Source: Pseudomonadales bacterium
GTDB taxonomy: Bacteria; Pseudomonadota; Gammaproteobacteria; Pseudomonadales; UBA7239
DNA length: 64,000 nt
Direction: 5' to 3'
Assembly: GCA_028280345.1 (NCBI GenBank)
Contig: JANQLY010000008.1
Location: 29,198-93,197, forward strand
In this document: in pieces, positions 27,001 to 30,234 of the stretch
Layout of the letters: each line of letters starts with the position of its first letter
Numbering within the stretch: the first letter of the stretch is position 1
The notes under the pieces: generated by a model
What the model saw: the letters and a program-made list of their open reading frames with translations, nothing else
The model's database searches: none
What the model was told of the DNA's origin: nothing
Position numbers and translations under genes: made by a program

Positions 27001-27694
27001 GCGCATTCGAGGCAATTTCTTCCGCACTCAATGGCGCATCCACCGGCAGACGCAACACAAACTCGGTTTGCGCACTGCGATCCGGGTAGCGGCGCGTAAC
27101 ACCACGGGTTTGCGCAAATGCTCTTTCCTTCGCCGTGTGAACCACACCACCCGCAGAGCGCAAGTCGGACGCGCGGAAACCGGTAATCTCATAACTCAGG
27201 TAGGCCATATCACCGGCATCGGAAGACACGGTAACCGCCAGGAACTGCTCACCGTCTTCTTCGCCGATGGCCACTTCAGAAAACTGCAAGGAAGGCCCGG
27301 TACCATCATCAGTAAAGTCCTCACTGATCGTGTCGGTACTGCCATCCAGATAAGTAATATCAGCGCGCGGTGAGAAACGTTCGGCGCCTTCAAGAGAGAA
27401 ATAATAATCACAACTCAACGGGCTGTCGGTTGGCGTCAGATTACTGCCCGGATCAAGTGCATGCAGTTCAGTAGCACTGCCTACTTCAAGGCTGACAATA
27501 TTGCTGCAATCCGATACGCGCAGCATATAACGACTGCTGTTATCAGAATTCGACAGAAACGACGCTGCCCGTATATCAAGATCTATAGCCTGAGCTGTGA
27601 AGGTCGCAAGAAATAGAAATAAGCCACACGTAGCTGTTACTGTCGTGCGCTTACCCATAGAGAAAACACGAATACCCCTATCCAAGATCCTCAT
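1..27694 (-). CDS. Giant secreted/surface repeat protein, partial (>=9,231 codons; C-terminus beyond the left window edge): Sec signal peptide, array of ~100-aa bacterial Ig-like modules, IPT/TIG-like modules, multiple LVIVD-type beta-propeller repeat blocks
   Basis: The ORF is absent from the track because it has no stop in the window. ATG at 27694 (in-frame alternative ATG at 27658) gives MRILDRGIRVFSMGKRTTVTATCGLFLFLATFTAQA/IDLD, with a basic n-region, a hydrophobic core and an AQA cleavage motif. Hand translations all fall in the same frame (first codon positions = 1 mod 3). 25330-24950: PTIAFSHPVEGQHIVSGLPVELRANASDDIDIDRVDFFVNGELVG...ALVTDSAGQVS (Ig-like module). ~24090-23880: TAVDIFGNTDVSSWDYSVRTDAPPTISIRNPAAGSRLVEGEKVTVAALVLDDNKV. 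~17830-17690: DNLAFVANGHGGIQVLDISLITAP. 13336-13080: GNYAYLAAGAGGLVIVDISDVLAPQII. 12259-12090: VTSIEPKWGAIGGGTVVTVRGSGFEPG (IPT/TIG signature). ~10940-10850: RGLVVLDIRDLQNP. 61-2 is also open in frame. All 23 minus-strand track ORFs between 1903 and 27411 lie in one other frame. Spot checks of four 60-nt lines found no in-frame stop. Confidence 0.9.
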   Translation of the reverse strand, partial: MRILDRGIRVFSMGKRTTVTATCGLFLFLATFTAQAIDLDIRAASFLSNSDNSSRYMLRVSDCSNIVSLEVGSATELHALDPGSNLTPTDSPLSCDYYFSLEGAERFSPRADITYLDGSTDTISEDFTDDGTGPSLQFSEVAIGEEDGEQFLAVTVSSDAGDMAYLSYEITGFRASDLRSAGGVVHTAKERAFAQTRGVTRRYPDRSAQTEFVLRLPVDAPLSAEEIASNALVLVEVTAVDSWGRKRGISELKLTGTDLNEEALGLTVAPTNLLFSNVLEISQLIPTVDYQFRGPTPLPGSAQGVSYSSSDTSRVFVGPNGSVYPIAETLPNTPVIITVSYAGLPNVEVPVTVDFSKRLDALRVEGVDVATPLHLDRLNSDFAMPQVYGVFDDTSEAPINSSLVISVSIPQGAEDFLFVDEERNLKSTAEIPATSPLQLGLSLALYPEVDVTIPVIATDAYPEVELKAPARAVVDSDYVVKATASDDVSISEVTFWLDDSLVSRRLKPPYQLTLPIADAMEGQILELKAAARDSAGQTTETSVFSVPVVSASRVIKPPSEFEFPTDGSRIIEGTPFPLQVALPVGNDPEGGLFTSGVEYVEFFADGIKIGTASYATYEERPNLEYPQDPPKRYELWKYNTKAPEISTRETSIAVSAVMYIRKQSFEVGSKFIRVVENTEPTVKVLSPVPGGIATAGQTLPISVQTTDDVLAAGTDVRLFINDELVDSASYRQRPSGANPNFSYGSFTEQFEYEVPEDAVGQSLEIIAIATDFHDKVSQSEAIVIPVKADQFPTIAFSHPVEGQHIVSGLPVELRANASDDIDIDRVDFFVNGELVGSDPAVPFSFIYDTPPLIANEQPISFYALVTDSAGQVSQSNVVNATLGKDEDPPVVNISSPVVDRKDAGDDIASIVEGNDFVIKAVGYDNVGVVNLELTGVKKIDGQGFVLTGDESDIVTGDDFAPQKIPGVLKAFSSLKLLAAPAFKHLEAVQFDRYPITVTAYDEVGNSSKAEVVVGVFADIPPEVVRVVPNQAAYDLYDEVALDVLAKDDIAVHGLKLEVFANGESTPSLVIVENNSTGLAALANLQHRFSFVPADLGLDNDNHTLHLEITATDSLGVQSAVYSTGISAGAIEDLQVVQDLEAPITAISDPVYGAELYASHRVSFTLRALDEARLASLEVKNGTDVLYAKDFSGENTESFETKFNYEIPAQPSLSLTYTAVDIFGNTDVSSWDYSVRTDAPPTISIRNPAAGSRLVEGEKVTVAALVLDDNKVNSIEFFVRLLSGGPDIVTRSFEMRDYVAGSYATAELRIPHRPDGTELVIGVRAVDNAPTPQTTEETINLNVIDDIVPPTVILQKPLEPFSILPTKSFEVEGTASDDFVVSDIQYMLIDEQGTELPLNVRVDSRVNREEVIEIANQSSFGSSLVARKLYTDFKATLEIPAHMISYENQVLQFVVRVSDNGINSTDSPGVPVRIKPDTEGPEVTIVSPEANEIEQQILDWDINISDEVLITSVSLSVESELRGRELIFTEGGLENRSTYNIPSGVDPEIGDIDYDITGFAPGSQFNVVVVAIDSSGNTTTESKLITVDPDLPPVIEFSNPDPEDELSKGGLFNADYIVTDDFKEKGERHVQFVPMFTNLTGVGAGGTRDPTGSLKLWLNHTLPLVRLNYPEAAGWEGQIVYNGTQRLEFADGKVEVADTFNLYTSNQLDILDDNGTEYRFHVAVHSDNVCLAMPEVVVVDGGNSLDLDPFVDRGNITGLSIRPEVLSSSGATPGFLRNIHINYSADKQALVIVELADAQSPVGSDAFIQIGDFHSATYEHIEFNGSVAVQTMEPHAAQTFTILAHAIDRLSEVRGDLALEPVHVHNLVEDSVLPELTLVQPENGSVRVPGEVLEIKVDANDESKLIRDIQFYQNNIDLIHQFGNLTGGEFTAHYQIPVDYAGSSLEISALVSDYAGNVTQQSVVMPIDSNEKPLIDLRGFHSYKVGSAYLKNITEPERLNYAEFWVRVDETFRLDYQVTDDAGLDNVAIYRMNRDGTLGEQIYYRDLSRTCPDLPLKVADIQSEINFNYSEPVEFLIRITDSVGQYSDRRFLVHPVDNVAPEVRIVTPADNQSIASGTFKIKVGVVATDDRFLSVEKGAPSITIRANGITLQEVSRVKLEPDEIRPDEIDLIEQAFESMTDSLEVNYGPDIAAEYGHIHNPYAVRYEYVLQIPEGVMRESEPLKLTATVEDTEQAVGHDEVTLNIEPDTIIPVAFISKPFGYSPAESSDFTLGFGGYDNVKVQRLEVYRAYGVLKPDNSYEQTAFEQLRVISGIPNLDYQPVSTEQIDTPIYEQIIHVDRLTEIAAQFSGVSLDNDTHFDVILKVVAHDLAYSDEVSQTYRVHVDERPVIDVIEPLDSTPVVEGTQVFVNVQAFDDVGIQYVEMTPTHRGGEALQPLKLYQPPYSYSFTVPAFDKDNPENNIVDLQLYALDTYGHKYGELDNHTASESLSIRIVEDVAPVVAIGTPQDGSVFKEGQYMLVQVNAVDDVGVDRVVLDVAGFRTGDETFTDLVYPYEFLIQLPYGQAGADLQLTASVTEQRANGVARTVTTPDVVTVHVEKDELAPEILLFSPVSNGTVVENRDFDYSMDVLDDVEVGVVTISLFADADDSGSYEEEELVYESLLLNPPFFGTVMLKEIAEYVDAEDPALIPDQLSLQFKVTARDGAGNESSTSVPLKMIHNQPPEVTGINVLDARGFNMGNISQIAEGRAIVVNVLANDPEVGVDSATLYYSITNPDGEETAQVLVGEDSSAPFQFHMQVPTDIVGSTLSFMAQARDVDGYESPLSAGLIDLEIVADQPPTARITKPDNNNSVIIDGQNIEVFVDVFDDLGPDGVDHVVFYLNDQPVADVYDNYGKQVGSFAQEHVYRAEISAPEGVDGFYLQAVAYDVLGQAGASQVVLVGRIKDTVEPKVSVINPFDREILTTAESLRSIVSIVDTGEEIEAVTQYWSRGYEDSAGNWISADTFDLSLFRDDVRVDGDATPVSDPDNFYFIYWADFTEGNILRRGVFDNERVRVVTEVVTPNHTVTTTNFYEIGLNTSERRFLNPQENSAENRAKSVFYTSVDQYKSAERTGAMVATWASHDPFWTEQDLGLFKEDDIPGSILPRTGLFLLDAVDETQGNEQGDFFVYSNLLNGASEIFVGTITELHADPNMIAASKSGTEDNTGCVGDDQPPACFFIGELEEKVRENWLGGDNSAEGSGNLFYDNESGELLLFTTQNGDNQFGLPYLLAGRIDMPFIDTYGLDIKDNLAFVANGHGGIQVLDISLITAPYHIGFIKPNGFSRDVKIKDGFAYIAASHEGLVIADINDPSLPIVAKIDTLGVANRLEISGNRVFVTDMAGDGGTSQLNIFDITDPYHPQMERVIDLRPARPDLVSDGVYDVMVSGNLAYVTVLYSDQEDKPAQSIVEVIDLQKALDPTLDATIPAMIDRHTSVANLSARGLTLARGAVQVAGGKQGINRLEMHELTVLAHQPGFDEVDVPTNITAIELELSAVLDPATVLDDYITVFGGDPELGAPDITGDFTVRFGTRNSEPHYRTIEIVPDADVLQPSQRYVVRVTAGLMPLTGRPLGSDYQFKFFTSAAGDALQPDITGICSLVSELVGNNYCTATGGIEGGTEIVIRGLNFGSDPELEIGGQPVVIDRIEAPTLEDPYERIYATTYPNYAGPAAVTVTNDDGLTDTVIGGFTYVDILQISFIDPAVVRTAQVGVNDRVNIVGYGFHTGIELKAYKSGQPGTAVTYTVDDELLELYSAEKMYWYVPDFSDGQGQPYRGFIDIEIRDEMGRFYLLQNAVFYGRLSINRTLVTELPFKEKDIQDRLNTIENRSFDSYVPDATKLPPGEIAALEVDTELRWIYVLGRGLIDTKVDPKRVYNQDTFRDFTAPGWISLVQYDRDNLQDAAPRHALGYLNLPQDVMPIDMELDDNHVYVTAQGYNYPHINTPFDGQAVLLVFDRETAQSENSETLPEGNRRDYIFALPMPLQGTPEKLLIKDDLLIINANSSIAIISIADRIRPSIIKQIETAVVSGAEKNLEVDDIEIIGDYLHVVLKDDKRLVYDLTKPSLPQLGQSGYSTLSAAFPGQNRFATGNALEVVDARFPQYLKTLGRYTANGFEIPGESSAIAAQSSVAAILTSKQQRGPEECQPQGFMTNLDGFDSTDTLGYKIPYLALYDAGRTEEILLLDALKVDQACSWMDFTPAMPGQDAMVYSDDGLVIFGINRGAGGDGLFSSLNILDTLMIDLADSVPAAGESNVHRDVSIALNFTHSLPLTEAELASYVTLYLDNGTDGEQAVAANLVIDSADDSILHINPQSLLEANRVYRIELKGDLASRRTIGLFNHEIRFSTGDATGDPVEIVSIAPSITEVTGGVTYITLRNSSGAPQFFVSEQFANVLSEETLPDGSVRYEVQTPPNNPGPATLRVRTGNGSEARRIGALHYVEPMLVKSVTPNEGGLGGGTVVNIIGQGFRAGVGELVVLMDGVELDSEKVKVLDTGTIEIVTPGGRIGWVDITVRLSTGQEQTIENAFQYLQPVQSNIESEGRIYDMVLDPTGTYLVTANGDQGIFIYDISASSYTTNTEQLLNPDELLELIDENGDEVDDRILTQVKLPSGYAALGVDTFFEKGLDRVFVTGAKTNGAKASDAKLFTVSFDSLDITNSVIINNLQLLGGAAKGIEVENNRALLAMGDDGLGIVDVYLHTKQYLADHIAMPNNKHILDLDTVDSLPGETQKIVVVGGEFHYGNNRLTETEQVDGGGFYIVENSTARGLAVIASLDIPASRVRVVGNYAYLAAGAGGLVIVDISDVLAPQIISRVTEAGFVYDIDISGNIVYIARGERGIATVDVTDPYSPILSEGMQAYSDNIIDAVLASNYSAIGSGMAGQNAVIQVVPDIVLKVHTVDPQNRIIDLNVDGSAVVRLRFNKAIDLHAPNLNRFHIFDNNAAALPADVSIINNDAILTLQDQVLAQLQVGATLTARADAGVASVKPGAVGTNDEIILYTLLQNQDFDFVYRGAEYEIVSVEGVVPRRVAQGEPTLVTVALLGAPTDTSRVRLYIGETQVSIDDLLTSDEDERVAIARFTSPAFNEAGQFDVTVEVEKDGVWQRDTLAGGLVVDGELQVTSIEPKWGAIGGGTVVTVRGSGFEPGNTVIDGIKLKVGSLPATNVTVVATDLMRVTMPKGTPGLHSVYVEDRYGRTVSLHGEDGFGYGLKFRSSVNPENVTPSDLWIDEETGVLVTNAGYFPSNHWATGVLGVLFPETYRAVSFDIQNPDQPLLVGGNFSLPSGDEGYNWLQGKAIGWSIEANLDGISEEEQTLLDRSNAFEYAMGMGSIRLFPLEELEEGVVRKRLYVANEKGGVARLNLDEQNGLQYINEMLPGGYITDVNKQGNLLFAASTGLSFSENAQEPCATSIAEFSGSGVSMVNYIDPFDPIEMGGTSLVGDWLYRNDNWMFSGGASRSGKTFVNSPPCQFWPDYSIEGFTEKAETSTIYAQHLYDANLRTEYSFNGNVRDMLIYGDYIVAALGYQGIEFVHRDRPEERYQFAIDEKLQGGGGTAEKLDLFGSALFVSATRGLVVLDIRDLQNPVVISAGNTETTRDVEIYKDRVIGAGGRGVNVFDLPAAVVMRTSVAEGGELSNNVAQKMVLTFNEIMDVASVQLPGAVELVEIDAQDGTETPVSFTLVPQYHSGQTDTAQYFEIDFARVSGAELELRVNSANNARGVGLWMPFKQRFSIAEGGAWQPKVTAVEGATFHKGRQDRITIRGEYFRSGAQVYVDQYPVSSVWVDEQTIEIPAGSLAMDGIPLEPGQHHLRVIDGELTGHWLGGLVVGEEIALDQVNFIISPDAGDQRGGIGISIRSDYEVILPGTRVVLEQRRNTDNVIYTGYQDTDPVFGEYTIDLKDNVEGLGKFAFLLPGVVHQDLYRVYLRIPVGNSVEQVYVGDFSYTLSQGLSIDLPNYPPHEIGGAQFVDSTMYVGVKKGTRATYYNRFLMEYGVETFDVSIWERPVRLGALPMNAPVNGVAVLDSMMLAANDSEGLALIDIRDKTEPLLIRHWELPGHRAMDIDVHQGNHIFALAAANDLGSGFIRFIRLNGGELSTPSGYETITLEQDELGGGLYGQPLDLQWQGDSLYVLLAHNGELMLAIIDSFGTNPSYTLHPIERGSVGNIRDVSMLVQYGQVTISSGSELAIIEGDAQSGFETVYWQPLVNGSNAQTSELLFNGGGVMVGNRDGVIINRNNSLLVSAVSPVEGTTMTPGDTLRLQFNNLMNTSEANIGAITLTQADSSPLPDTQYEMEAINTLSGGYVDIRFIGDFTYTGDITITVPTTVLDLGGHSLAHEFVGHYTLQSGVVPRIESVSRLLNNEVYDAFFHANGSEQVQIIGQNFVNATLTSVIIGDTLIAPENVVSVSDTEIIVVLPEMPQLAGANALLPVKVVRNDSGLSYILYGALAILPQIEIDDINPQTGPPQGGTRVNIYGRGFSHDITVKFNGATAGDLRVYDSNHIQVRAPSGSFGPATITIENRLFPGEVETSPVDYFYSGRETGSVNLSDDKSSPVSAITLNGQLLYAVTGGSFDVIDSQGVFIRRLYSDVARLVLADISDPVRPIILEKEFINELEPYHFDVNGGLDPEGVVALQYEENNLYLAGGNRLYHFDITLLADPLLLNTLNVNGEIKDFAVENNVIYVATTNGVYIYRLTNELGLRELAQLTVSKLGGKPTEVSIYDGSLWVVVPSSNELLQIDLMAGDYSVTRRVLIEDLANQLFIPENMLLHENLLLISTGSSATVNAYAIDSDTSASFVARLQLEYLVANGDLFAGEMILRGQTLYVASGQGDLQAFDISPWLASDFQTPVNLKNYFAVTGNVNSISFSPEAIYAGSSFVYVNEEPSENPIDGAYGQLGGALNTILNTDLLVVEQQPLAGGWHSVAEPLEIQFNRILDYTQVDALGDSLFTVTLDGAPITGLVSQQVNNAGSLLIFRPLADFAADKLYKAEISQALRDLHGITLEDDYRFEFFTTDEVQPQITVVDPVMGSWRGGETLTIQGEGFGSNTVVIMGGVEISGSDITVESSSVLHITVPELASSPSGNVLVGVAVSNGPLAAVETAAYTYIADPVISSIGSYDRSSGYFNVNDKRFVFNAGEHIGLSGVGLGSSTRVRINGRVVEDLRIEGHQLLSVPVPVDAVGTLLVEVSNQDFTTDTVSDQQLLIEFDARQQLAGLTHMERSGDLLVTAAGNTIKVFSLRDSATPLFISQFAASGQVAALSLDGAVLAVLVAANNDVEVYDLGNIYAPEFVNRFNNVKGTVYESIAVSGQDVIVRDQDTLYAANVRGSDFAEYSLAQNMGVFVALEVFGGSAYTLYENGLEQRSIADLDTVIRSYIYSAYSDDIAANRDMQVNGQHIVLYSETGLAVLDRNLFADEFAEPLIAELGGSSSPYGLVLDGDVLAVFNNASVDLYDLDMQLDKQLSARAFAVIDLPETLGGAVASLQFSAGLLEWHYDANYYNAEVPVANVSTISPAALGNSGDIVIADLAGAAESWLSVDLDLNEQFSGTAVSGTTTLEGQRLVFEPQGGGFAVSTLYELALSANPVSQIDGAQLNIDLPRTIQASPLFGLSALNLSYLMPATVVVDQPVTIRLLGQQLSLVEQILIDDVELDSSLFTVNNNGTEIIFNTVLSNAGVLSITVKHEGTETTLPAAIVAVEPMVINTVVSNNPTGMNIVSDSGGDLITVSGSGFSANMTAHWIPYNKGVQPGVSNAVDYQLVGDSLQFITPESLIGEQYQVVLLRAETAETVFAEIDTLLSAIDDTAPSAEVIQNFDYVNPLIIRGSETLLASGFTVIKEYRDYVVRSDNSEDITHRFDPIVIQGDRLLVRLRSDQVIEHNAVYTITVTGVTDTNGNPVKNAGGFNNGTYTEVFEAQDLLPPQADSIVLTQAATGQVVDGTTPLKIGQEYLLNLAAQDNYISAGEISFSYRYSGDGGFTFVNNWEGAEADGDITVAVQPGFTTLTLLVRASDGQNVTERSFVVPLELPNIQLSTDGLKPGFFTLPQGDSAYTNPPSIEELIRAEVGFHLEGDLDLISSLYMQISAQGPWLPANFDIDSGRVSLDYLSPRLADILPQGAPPVATPIPVELRVAYGIPGSEITLPFNNTYLLLPDSTPPELELVTPVNGTFVPRGEVVDVVLKSFDRYGVARVELCIDSTAGDIFSDQTACQVLTNPNRYELTVAEDAEDPIRLDARAIDLNNLVSETASATIVPYDGETGAPELDIVLPADGNTFHAGETITLNVLMRNLTSADIYLDVGAVASATVAKTATRNPDDSEYVLVDVTLPAGISKDTVLLVRAEADADGQPVQAQRFYNLLQDDGIDERVSLGLWPANTMLSGSELWLHAPVPMGMDDFAATSSVAVSDGVNTETLEISDHLQKVVLDSNSGDVSVDVTLHDRSAHEVVTPYTVTRIPYFDGDAVALTQVPDAEWQIDGLVDVPGYGVVYAQNYLESRYELVGPGGLIAAVADAAVSELYFTGTGLAAEVVRNGERWLVFYPLSGGDFASAVEQRVLGRVVGANGDRVYLQYGDTITALIRSGDSFVDALAVSVPESIVSVTVAQQRVYAVTQREIYHYELREQAAPELQLISTIELMDVEQVVLSGDELYTIAGSQLTHYRLAADGTVDAELYSYDAEGEIVQTVVDGEILWLQLAGMESVAGAQTGAHWQAVLAGERVANLSIAADELAVGADALYYADANSGTLYSRALQSGDAATISTLNVTRLPMGILLAATVDSSGLGSEALYIEDDSIDGALLPAYPLWNSGQFAGVSASITQSQLWFVPATALSGVSSLEVHIANHGGSVEQQSLIIDSAVQQSGSVVLNPAEAATISERAHLPLSATLDGLQYLDDVSLTLDTVVTPRTTALPFISYGWLENTAAINDETTVAVSQAAQTLQSADVTTLANENGLANVFIQGIAHNQIFVEGDTLTASFSVSQLDGSASFKHAEIELTDFNGNRQALIRHSTDSGSFALQLPNVSSLQNYVLVARAYYDDSYDVAETTVGIKLSPRFSVPDPQLSGVPTQLYKGSVVKLALQSDLESHLIGTITVRDQNGIVIASGDRVLELQLNGSETALEITAVISDGLGNQRSLVKTVNIVDLLSLTPAASLVFDAFMPHAGGYWYSQGHNLYNESGLQATFEGQITAIEVIDNKLLLALNGFGVVFVDVA

Positions 27695-28014
27695 AGATAT
27701 TTTTATATCCTGCCTTTTTTGTCCCGTTGTACTTCTTAAAGTACTAAAAACTCCAGTTACCTATAAAAAACTTATACAAAACAATATCTTATGTTTATTT
27801 TTTAAAGTTCTTTATACCTTGTACATCCCACCACCTAATAGCTGGGCATATTAATGACAAGTGCCTTAAAACTCAACTGCCAGCACTGGTAGTTTTGCCA
27901 AACAGCACTTTAAGAAATACACATAACTTATTGAAAAATATGACTTTGTGTTTTTTTTAACCATAAAGATTTTGTGAAGAAAGTCACCCAATGCGTACAG
28001 TTACAAAACCGCGC

Positions 28015-28140
28015 CTAAAAGCCTTTAGCACCAAAAAAAGAGCCCTCAGCGTTTCCAAGAGAGCCCTTAGCGTTTTAAAGAGAGCCCTCAGCTTTTTAAA
28101 GAGGGCCCTCAGCATTTATGAAAGAACTCTCAGCGAATAA
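28015..28140. repeat. Phased 21-bp tandem direct repeat, 5 clear copies plus 1 degenerate copy, consensus about AAAGAGAGCCCTCAGCGTTTT. Each unit holds a near-palindrome GAGrGCCCTC (perfect GAGGGCCCTC at 28101-28110).
   Basis: The core GAGCCCTCAGC-like 11-mers start at 28040, 28061, 28082, 28103 and 28124, exactly 21 nt apart. A weaker in-phase copy starts at 28019. Both strands carry stop codons, so the array is non-coding. It lies 320-450 bp upstream of the giant ORF start. Confidence 0.85.
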
Positions 28141-28160
28141 GCGAGTAACAGATAGCCTCA

Positions 28161-28234
28161 GATACGCCTGAAGAGACTCTTACATTTTATAATTTGAGTG
28201 TTTTTTAACGCCCGGATTAACCGTCAGGCGTATC
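28161..28234. repeat. 11-bp perfect inverted repeat GATACGCCTGA / TCAGGCGTATC with a 52-nt spacer. The right arm overlaps the Rrf2 gene stop codon. It may form a 3' stem-loop.
   Basis: Read directly at 28161-28171 and 28224-28234, which are exact reverse complements. No clean U-tract follows on the minus strand, so terminator function is uncertain. Confidence 0.4.
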
Positions 28235-28700
28235 AGCTATCCGCTGCTGTCACCCCATCCGGCTTAAGCTCGCTGCTAAAGCTGCCAAGTGATGACAGTG
28301 CCGGCGAACGCGTTTCAGCCGCTATCCCATTGTGATTCTCCACCAGACTTTTGAGGTTTATCTGGCTCAAATACTCATGCACATCATCACTGAAATCAGC
28401 CCAAAGCTGTTCAACCAGCCCGGCGTCAGTCGCGAGTGTTTCCTGAGGGTAGACCGCGTCGACAATCTCGCTGACACTGATGTCCGCACTATCGCGGCCA
28501 AGAAAATACCCGCCACCCGGTCCGCGACTACTGCTCACAAGGCCGCAGGCTTTGAGATGGGAGAATATTTGTTCGAGATAAGACAGAGATACCCCGCGGC
28601 GGCGAGCTAACTCGGCGAGATTCAACGGTTTCTTGCTTCCCTGAAGGGCCAATTCAAATAAAGACATAATCGCCAATTGGCTTTTTGCGGTCAGTTTCAT
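28233..28700 (-). CDS. Rrf2-family (IscR/NsrR-like) transcriptional regulator
   Basis: 155-aa ORF. The N-terminal wHTH MKLTAKSQLAIMSLFELA...LNLAELARRRGVSLSYLEQIFSHLKACGLVSSSRGPGGGYFL is typical of Rrf2 proteins. Confidence 0.85.
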   Translation of the reverse strand: MKLTAKSQLAIMSLFELALQGSKKPLNLAELARRRGVSLSYLEQIFSHLKACGLVSSSRGPGGGYFLGRDSADISVSEIVDAVYPQETLATDAGLVEQLWADFSDDVHEYLSQINLKSLVENHNGIAAETRSPALSSLGSFSSELKPDGVTAADS

Positions 28701-28811
28701 AGTTCCATTACCTTAGCTAAACCGTAACCATTGTGTGGGATTTAGGCAGAAATTACAACCTTATAAACAGCCATGGGCCCGCTATCAAAAGCCCTGAGCG
28801 GCTTTTAAAAC

Positions 28812-30185
28812 CTATGCTTCCTCCCGTAATGTCACAAACTCCTCTGCCGCAGTCGGGTGAATGCCAATGGTTGTATCAAAAACCGCTTTCGTGGCTCCGG
28901 CGCGGATAGCAACCGCAATACCCTGAATAATCTCCCCCGCCTCACTGCCAAGCATATGGGCACCAACCACTTTGTCGCTGGAACGCTGTACCACGAGCTT
29001 CATAAAAGTCTGTTCGTCGCGCCCGCTCAAAGTGTGCTTAAGGTGGCGAAAGCTGCTTTTAAACACCGCAACATCCGCATCGCCAAAACGCTCGCGGGCC
29101 CGCTCTTCGCTAAGCCCGACTGTAGCCAAATTGGGTTGGGAAAATACCGCGCTGGGAATATTGTCGTAGTCAATAGTCTGCGACTGATCACCATAATAGT
29201 AGCTGCTAAACACCATGGCCTCTGCCGTCGCGACCGGTGTTAATTCGGTACCGCCCGTCACATCACCGAGGGCAAACACCGAAGGCTCAGTGGTTTGAAA
29301 TACGTCGTTCACTGCGATATAGCCGCGCTCATTAATTGTTACTGCGGTATTGGCCAACCCGAGCTCATCGACCAATGGCACGCGACCAGTGGCATACATA
29401 ACCAGATCGGTATTGAGCTTCTCACCCGTTTTTGTGGTGACGCAATAACCGGCATCGCTTTGCTCAATTGAAGCAATATCGGTATTAAAGCGCAGATCAA
29501 TGCCGTGCTTCGGCATTTCCACCGCGAGCTTCTCCCGCAAGTCTTTTTCAAAACCGCGCAAAAACAGATCGCGGCGGTAAAATTGTGTCACTTCCACACC
29601 GAGACCAGTAAAAATACCGGCAAACTCCACGGCAATATAACCACCACCGACAATCACCATCTTCTGCGGCAAGCTATCGAGATAAAACGCTTCATTTGAA
29701 GTAATCACATGTTCACTGCCCGGAAAATCCGGTACAAACGGTTTGCCTCCCGTGGCAATCAGTATCTTATCTGCACTTAATATCTGTGTAGCGCCATTAT
29801 CACTAACAATTCGCACTGTGTGCGCATCCGCAAGACTCGCCTCTCCTTCGTACAAGGTGACACCGGCGTTTTCCAACAGGTTTTTATAAATGCCGTTCAG
29901 GCGCTCAATCTCACGGTTTTTATTTTCCCGCAATGTCGTCCAGTCAAACTGCGCGTCATTTACCTGCCAGCCAAAACCACGCGCATCGGCAAAATCTTCA
30001 TGGTAGTGAGAGGCATAAACAAACAGTTTTTTCGGCACACAACCCACATTGACACAGGTACCACCAAGATATTGTCGTTCAACAATAGCCACTTTCGCGC
30101 CGTATCCCGCCGCCGTACGCGCTGCGCGTACACCACCGGAACCGGCACCGATTACCACAAGGTCATAGTCGAATGTTGTGCTCAT
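28812..30185 (-). CDS. gor: Glutathione-disulfide reductase
   Basis: 457 aa. It has the FAD motif VIGAGSGG, the redox-active disulfide [13 protein letters not shown] and the C-terminal [15 protein letters not shown]. Confidence 0.9.
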   Translation of the reverse strand: MSTTFDYDLVVIGAGSGGVRAARTAAGYGAKVAIVERQYLGGTCVNVGCVPKKLFVYASHYHEDFADARGFGWQVNDAQFDWTTLRENKNREIERLNGIYKNLLENAGVTLYEGEASLADAHTVRIVSDNGATQILSADKILIATGGKPFVPDFPGSEHVITSNEAFYLDSLPQKMVIVGGGYIAVEFAGIFTGLGVEVTQFYRRDLFLRGFEKDLREKLAVEMPKHGIDLRFNTDIASIEQSDAGYCVTTKTGEKLNTDLVMYATGRVPLVDELGLANTAVTINERGYIAVNDVFQTTEPSVFALGDVTGGTELTPVATAEAMVFSSYYYGDQSQTIDYDNIPSAVFSQPNLATVGLSEERARERFGDADVAVFKSSFRHLKHTLSGRDEQTFMKLVVQRSSDKVVGAHMLGSEAGEIIQGIAVAIRAGATKAVFDTTIGIHPTAAEEFVTLREEA

Positions 30186-30234
30186 AGCTTTATCTGTTTC
30201 CCGTTACCACCTGCAAACAAGTGGCTGAAAATAG

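Noticed and set aside
584-27411. Dozens of plus-strand and minus-strand track ORFs inside 1-27.6 kb (for example 14666..15622 at 318 aa, 584..1387 at 267 aa, 3428..4144 at 238 aa)
   Set aside because: All of them lie antisense to, or out of frame with, the single giant minus-strand ORF. Their translations are low-complexity (R/H/T/N/I-rich) with no motifs, which is typical of shadow ORFs of a long coding region.
28015-28140. CRISPR array
   Set aside because: The 21-bp units are contiguous with no spacers, there are no cas genes, and the repeat is too short.
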